Source: a bacterium (GTDB lineage: Bacteria; SAR324; NAC60-12). Taken from it: a stretch of 10,872 nucleotides of DNA. The stretch lies in assembly GCA_965233585.1 (NCBI GenBank), contig CBDDTI010000495.1, positions 1 through 10,872 of the forward strand, in the 5' to 3' direction. The notes under the pieces were generated by a model, which worked only from the letters and a program-made list of their open reading frames with translations, had not been told where the DNA came from and made no database searches. This document shows, one piece after another, positions 1 through 6,400 of the stretch. Within the stretch, counting starts at the first letter, position 1, and the number at the start of each line of letters is the position of its first letter. The position numbers and the translations under genes were made by a program.

Positions 1-250
1 CTTGGCTAACGCTCGTCACAGGCAACGAGCCACGTCTGCGAAAAGGCGAAACAGGTAAAACCTTAAAGTGAGACATGATGAAACAAGGGTATAAGCGAGG
101 TTAGTTTAAAAATCACAAATTATTGTAAGCCTTAAATTTGGCTAAAACAGCATCTGCATGAGTAGTCCAAAACTTGCAACTCCGAAACTATTTGCCCAAC
201 TGAAAAACATGTCATATTCAACCGTTTTAACTTGCTTTACAGCATTTTAC

Positions 251-428
251 CTTCCACTAACTGAACAACTCCGGTCTGTCCCTTTTCACAAGAATTACGA
301 ATGTTACCATCGCTGGCTTGATAGCCGACAGTGTCATCTGATTCACCAGCTGCTTCATGCAAGTTTTGTTTCGTTCGTACAACGCCAACAACTAACTTTG
401 CCGATGTGCCAAGGTCCTTAATCAAAAC
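251..428 (-). CDS. Exon: SPRY module 2 part b (VLIKDLGTSAKLVVGVVRTKQNLHEAAGESDDTVGYQASDGNIRNSCEKGQTGVVQLVE)
   Basis: Acceptor gttgacag; donor AAG|GTAAAA; 28/59 identical residues with exon 2383-2560. Confidence 0.9.
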
Positions 429-3400
429 CTGTCAACAGCAAAAAAACAGCGTCGTATAGTGCTATGAAGGAGTCAGATGCGATAGAAAGTTAGAAACATC
501 TATTTAGAGTAGATGAGCTGAAAATACATTCGGATGACTAATAGAGAAACCTTGTGGTAAAGTGGAAGTTTTTGTAGACACTTCCAACACCCCTTGGGGA
601 CCCACGCTTGTCTCACTTTCTTCAGAACCAACCAACAATTTGGCTACGAGGATTAAAGCGTGTTGCTTCACTCACCTCAAGTTTTGGAAAGCTTTCAGAG
701 AAAGGCTGTCTATATCTTGCACCATGGAAATCAAACTTGCAGCCTTCAGTGCAAAGGTCGCGACCAGCATAGGTAAGCAAACAGCCATCGATCTGTATGC
801 CGGCGCTATACCAGGCCTAAAAGGTTCCAAGGAAAAAGCTCATTTTTTGCCGAACATAACTGAAATAGTCTCATTATAGGTGGCGATATTTTGTTAGCTT
901 CGACTTTTGACTTTTATAACTAATTAGCATAACAAATGACAATTGAAAATTGGGCCTGAACAATTCTGGCTTAAAAAAAAAAAGAGCAAAAATTATTTCC
1001 TCATTACGTAGCTTGTACTTTTCATTAGTATCTTGTTCCAGGGTTATTTCTTTAACATGATCTAGTAGTTTCGTAGAGATGAATGAATCAATTGCTGCAA
1101 CTGTAAACAAATAACAACGTCAAGGTTCCTGAAGACTTAGTCACGTGCATGTAACAATTTCAATTACATGTCCTAGTCCACTTACCTTTGGACCTGTAGT
1201 GGCAAAAACGGCAGTGCTGCTCTGATTAGAAAAGACAATGGTTTCACAAATGTCAGCAATCCTTTGGTTTAACGTTTGAAACTGAAGATCATTAGATTTT
1301 TTCAGCTTTGCAACTGCATCAACACGATCGTCTGTGACACCAGAACAAACCTAATGAATTTTAAAAATGATTGAGAATAAAAAAGGATTGACGGGATAAT
1401 TTCTGTAACGAAATGAACAAGATTCCTTGTCCCTTCTATGCTTAGCATATTTATGGACGCACTATCATTTTGTAAATGTATGTCTATTCGATTCTTCTCT
1501 ACTTGTGAAAGTCAAGATTTTGAACTCAGGGAAGCTGTCTACCCACTTTTCCTCCTCCATTCCCCCAAATCATCACCATACATCTTAACTTGGATTTACC
1601 AAAACACTACTGAGGTTAACATTTCTACGACTATTATGTCAGTAACTATGGTTACTTGTAACACCTTAGCTTGGTAATTATTTCAGTGTATTCCAAAATA
1701 TTGGCGAAATATTGCGTTTACCTTAGCAAGAACACGAATGCCTTTATGACACATTCCAATGAAAGGATAAAGCTCTTTCTCCGGCCTTTCTTTATATTTC
1801 ATCTTAGCCTCATGAATCAATGTTCCATTTAAGGTGAAAAGAATTGGAACTCGGCTGTCTTCGATATTGTTAAAGTCGACAAGACAAACGATTAGATCGC
1901 CTCGATACGCCATTTTTTCTGCAATAACAGTAAGAAAGTTAAATCAGTAATGCTGTTATGACAAAGATCAGTTAAAGAAAGTAAATACACGGAAGCTCTT
2001 TACTGATCCTATAAAGGAAGGTAATAGTATAGAAAGTAAATTTTCTATCCTGTAAATATGTCCGAAACAAAACCCACCGTCCTTACCCAAGACTACAGAG
2101 AATGCAGTTTGGGCTATTAATTCAGCTGCATGGACGAGACAGGTAGCAGTTTACCATCTAGCTCTTTTGCATAATATAACTTTATCTTGCCGGAATAACT
2201 TACGGAAACAATTATCTGAGGTTTATTCAGAGAAACCTGTTACTGTGAGAGGAAAACGTTGCGACTCGAAACTGAGACGTTCTTGTTTTTTGGAGGCAAT
2301 TTGATAGCTAGATGTTGTGGGGACTATAGCATTCCAATTTCGCTGCCGTAGGAATTATTATATTCTAAAGTAAAACTGCTACCTTCCACTGGTTGAGCAC
2401 TTTGTGCATCGTTCTTATCACAAGCGTTAAGGAGGTGCCCGTTTGAAGTATAATAGCCAACACTGTCATTACATTTGCCGGCCAACTCGTGTGATCTGTG
2501 CTTGGCCCTAACCACTCCAACAACCAGCTCTCGCCTCCTTCCATCTTCCTGGATCAAAACCTTTCAGGAAAAAAAGCCTTTAGTTAGCTTTATATTGAAC
2601 GGAGACATAACAAGTGAATATCTTCTACACTTGGCTTTTCTATATGCCTTTAAACGTCATACTACAAACTGATGTTCGACGTTTAAAAAACTGAACAAAA
2701 TGTAAACTTCATATTAAGTTGCATCTTCATGCTGGGTTAGTTAACGGACATCTGGAATTACTAACTACTTAATAACCGAGAGTGAGGTCGTTACGGGAAA
2801 ATCTCAAACTGAGACCTTGCCGTATTGACCGAGTGATAGCGAGGTCAATACGGTAGGCCGAGGTTTCAGATTTTACCTTACCGACCGAACCGTCGAGGAG
2901 GTTGTTAAGTTGTTTAGTATATGGCAAAAGCATAGATGTTTTTTTTTTTTTAATTACTCTTTGCTTTCTTTTTGCAAGTCCGTATTACGGGAAAATAATG
3001 CCCTGCAATTCAATGACAATTAGCCAATCAGAGCGTGCGTTATATCGCCTACAAACACAAGCCATATAATAAAAGTGAAATAAGGTAAGCTCTTTACAAG
3101 GAAAAAATGAGGTACATGCAGGCCTTTTTTTCTTATATTACATGGGCACTGTAGATTTCTTCGACAGTTTTACTTTAATTAATCATGTACAATTTTGTTG
3201 AAATATTGCTGTAGCTTGGGAGACCTCGCAAAAGTATTCCCACTACCTGATCTTTTATCCTGAACATGCACCACACTATTTTCTCAATACTCCGCCTATT
3301 AATTTGGCAGCGTAAAATGATGAGATAAAGAATAAGTTATTAGAATTACCTCAAGTTTAGGGAATTTTTCAGAGAAAGGCAGTTTATATCTAGCTCCATG

Positions 3401-6400
3401 GAAATTCTGTGCCCCGGCCTTGAACCTGCACATTGTGCAAAGGGCTTGACCAACGTAGGTAAATAAACAACCTTCAATTTGTATTCCGGAACTGATCCAT
3501 GCCTAAAGAAAAAACTATCAGTTAAGGCCTAATTTATGATTTGTTGATCAATCGATGGATCGATCAGTTTGAGTGATTAAATCAACGACGGAAAGACTTT
3601 TTTGTGGAATGAAGATTTTATACCCTTCCCATTTTTGGTTTCAAAAGTAAACTTATACATTCTCCTAATGATTTACTAGAATTCTTCGATGGCGAAATCC
3701 TTTTCTCCTTGTGATAAAATGCTATGAGAATAAATGGAGTTGGAGTTAAGCGGTTTAATATGCCGAAAAGCATATGGCTCTTCTTTAACTACGCTGAAAA
3801 ATTGGCCCAATAACTCACGCCGCTTTTTCATCTAATCAGATGTAACACCAAAACGAATTGCGACTCACTCTCACTCAATCATACTCACTTCAGCACCAAC
3901 AGGAGCCATTTTCGTCATGTGCGATTGATTGAAGAACACTTTCCGGGCAATTTGATTGCACATTTCACGGTTCCTGCGTGTCTCGGTTAGCATGTTACTG
4001 ATCTTGCTTTCATCTTCACAGTAAACGTCACAAAGAAATGAGATTAGTATACAAAAGTTTTAAGAAATTTTAGTTAAATGTTGTGTATATTGTATTGCAC
4101 GTCCCATTCATAAACAAATTGTGCTGAAATGTGATCAAAGGGCGTTGAAGATATAATAATAGAAATTAGGGAGCTTGAAGCTGCAAGATTACAATGATAC
4201 TATTTAAAAATAAAGTCATTTGTTACCTGTTAAAGGGAACGAAGATCCATGTGTGGCAAAGTAAGTAGCTTTTAAGTTATCAAGAATACTCTCTAAATTT
4301 GTATCCTGAGAGCAAGAAATGAAAAAATGAAATAAAAGAATCATTTACCTTAAGTATCACAAATCTTCTACTGATGACATATCTTTTGATAGCGAATTCT
4401 AAATGCCAATAATAATTAAAGGGGCTACGTTGGAGAGCGACACGATCTGGAGTTTTTAGGAGCCATATTTCCTTTTTTCTCAGCTTGAGGTTAATACTTC
4501 TCTGGTGGTGTGTTATAGGCCCTTCAAGAAAGTATCTATTGTTAAATATACGTAGTTTGTCAGTTAATGCCAATTTGTTTTAATAGGGAGACAGGAACTG
4601 AGCATTTACATCGCTTACCTGGTATAACAACTCTGTACATACATTTTAACTTTTAAGCTGGTTTAACCAGTACTAACCTTCGTTGAACTCACTTCGTTGG
4701 TAAGTAATAGGGGATAATCCTCTTGGCACCATTTTTGGATTGCTCACGAGCGTTGCTTCTTTTCCAAACACTAGTAGAGTTCAACAACGACTTATTCAAG
4801 AGGAATTCGAATTCGTCCCATCGAGGAAATGACACGCTATATATTTGGCTATTGACCAACATCTTTTCTAGGATAACTGTATATACTCCCTCTAGCTCTC
4901 GTTTAAATCTACTGAAAGTAGAATAAGCTACTGGGCGTCAAAGGGACACTTCTACCTGATTCAAGCCTCACCATACCTTCTCCTCACCAGCTTGGTCCTC
5001 CCCAGATGTCTTTCCGGAGTCAGGTATTTGACTGTAGCAATTTCGAGAACCGTATTTGCGGCGACAAAATCCGATGCATTGAATTAACAACATTCCAAGC
5101 TGGGATAACAAGTTCAAAGGAACAGGAATAGGATGGTAGTTGCTGAACGTCCTAATAATGATAGCCTTTCTGAAGGACCATTCTATCAGCGAGTTGCTCT
5201 GCAAAACATTGAACATTCAGTGCGTGTAAGATGTCGGTATAATTGTATTCATTAAGAATATTTCAAAACGTAGAGAAATCGTAGCTCGCAGATATCATCA
5301 TTCATGTTCGCAAAAATATTTTATATTTTAGCTGTCATAAGTATCGTGCTACCAGAAAAGACCTATCCTTCTCTTTGTTTAATTGTATTATCATATACCA
5401 TTGGCAACAAAGGAAATTTGCTAAATCAATTCGACAATGTTGTCAGTGGAGTCATTAGAATAGACTTTGGTTAGATTGGCAAACGGATTATCCACAGAAG
5501 ATTATGATTTACCCAAGATACTTGAATTCTACTCAAGAGAGGCTTGTAGAGACATAATCAGTTAAAAGAAAAGAACGAAAATGCATGAAGGTTGTCTTGA
5601 CCACTAGCAGAAGTTTCACTGCTGCTTATTGTGCTGGCGTGGCGGATACACCGACTCTTTTATGCTCTACTGGTAACTGTATCGAGTTATTCTCGAAAAC
5701 AATGAAAAATATTGATACAAAGCCTTTAACATACCTCTACTCGTTCATAAGTGCTAGAAAGAACAGCGATCATCATATTGACTAGAAGAATGAGCGCCAA
5801 TATGATGAAGATACCGTAAAGTGCCTGTGCAATGTAGTCTGCTGGAGAATCATGAGTGGTAAAGGGCCCCACATCTGCAATGCCTAGAAGCGTCCACACG
5901 AGATGCTGAACAATCTCCCAAAAACTGCAACCACAGAGTAAACTTTAATTATGGAGAAGATAGTATCGTTTCTGGTACGAGATGATAATCGGCTATAAAA
6001 CTTCATATACTATATATGAAGAATATATCTTAAAACATCGCGAGCGGCACCATACAACTTTCTTTTGTATTTAGCAACATCGACTTTGTTCATTACTTAA
6101 TATAACTACCGGTTAGGAAGTTTATTGGACAGTGGCTTGGATAGGTGTTTGGTTGGTTGGTTGGCTGGTTGACGGTTGGTAGTTTGGAGGGTGATAGATC
6201 TAGATTAGTGATTTCGGTTAGATGGGTGGTTGTTGGGTTGATTAGTTGCATGGTTAGTGTGTTGGTAAGGCGTTTGCTGGGTTGGTGGAGGAGTTTGTTA
6301 AATTGCTTGTTATTGCTGTGTTGGAGGGTTGTTAGTTGGTCGGTTGGTTGCCTTGTCGCCGGCTGGCTAATTGGTTAGTCAGTGGGTAGGTGAGCAGGTG

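Noticed and set aside
158..879. Plus-strand ORFs 158..421 and 562..879 (likewise 2475..2672, 5585..5785, 7639..7926)
   Set aside because: Antisense shadows of real minus-strand exons; no recognisable protein features.
874..1677. ORFs 874..1110 (-) and 1438..1677 (+)
   Set aside because: Intronic, AT-rich, no motifs, and not needed for the phase-consistent gene model.
4349..4398. Candidate exon EFAIKRYVISRRFVILK within ORF 4280..4573
   Set aside because: It has AG/GT borders but would need a 43-nt intron to reach the acceptor at 4306, which is implausibly short.
6145..6378. Hydrophobic 77-aa ORF resembling a membrane protein
   Set aside because: Translation artefact of the GT-rich microsatellite (W/L/V/G bias).
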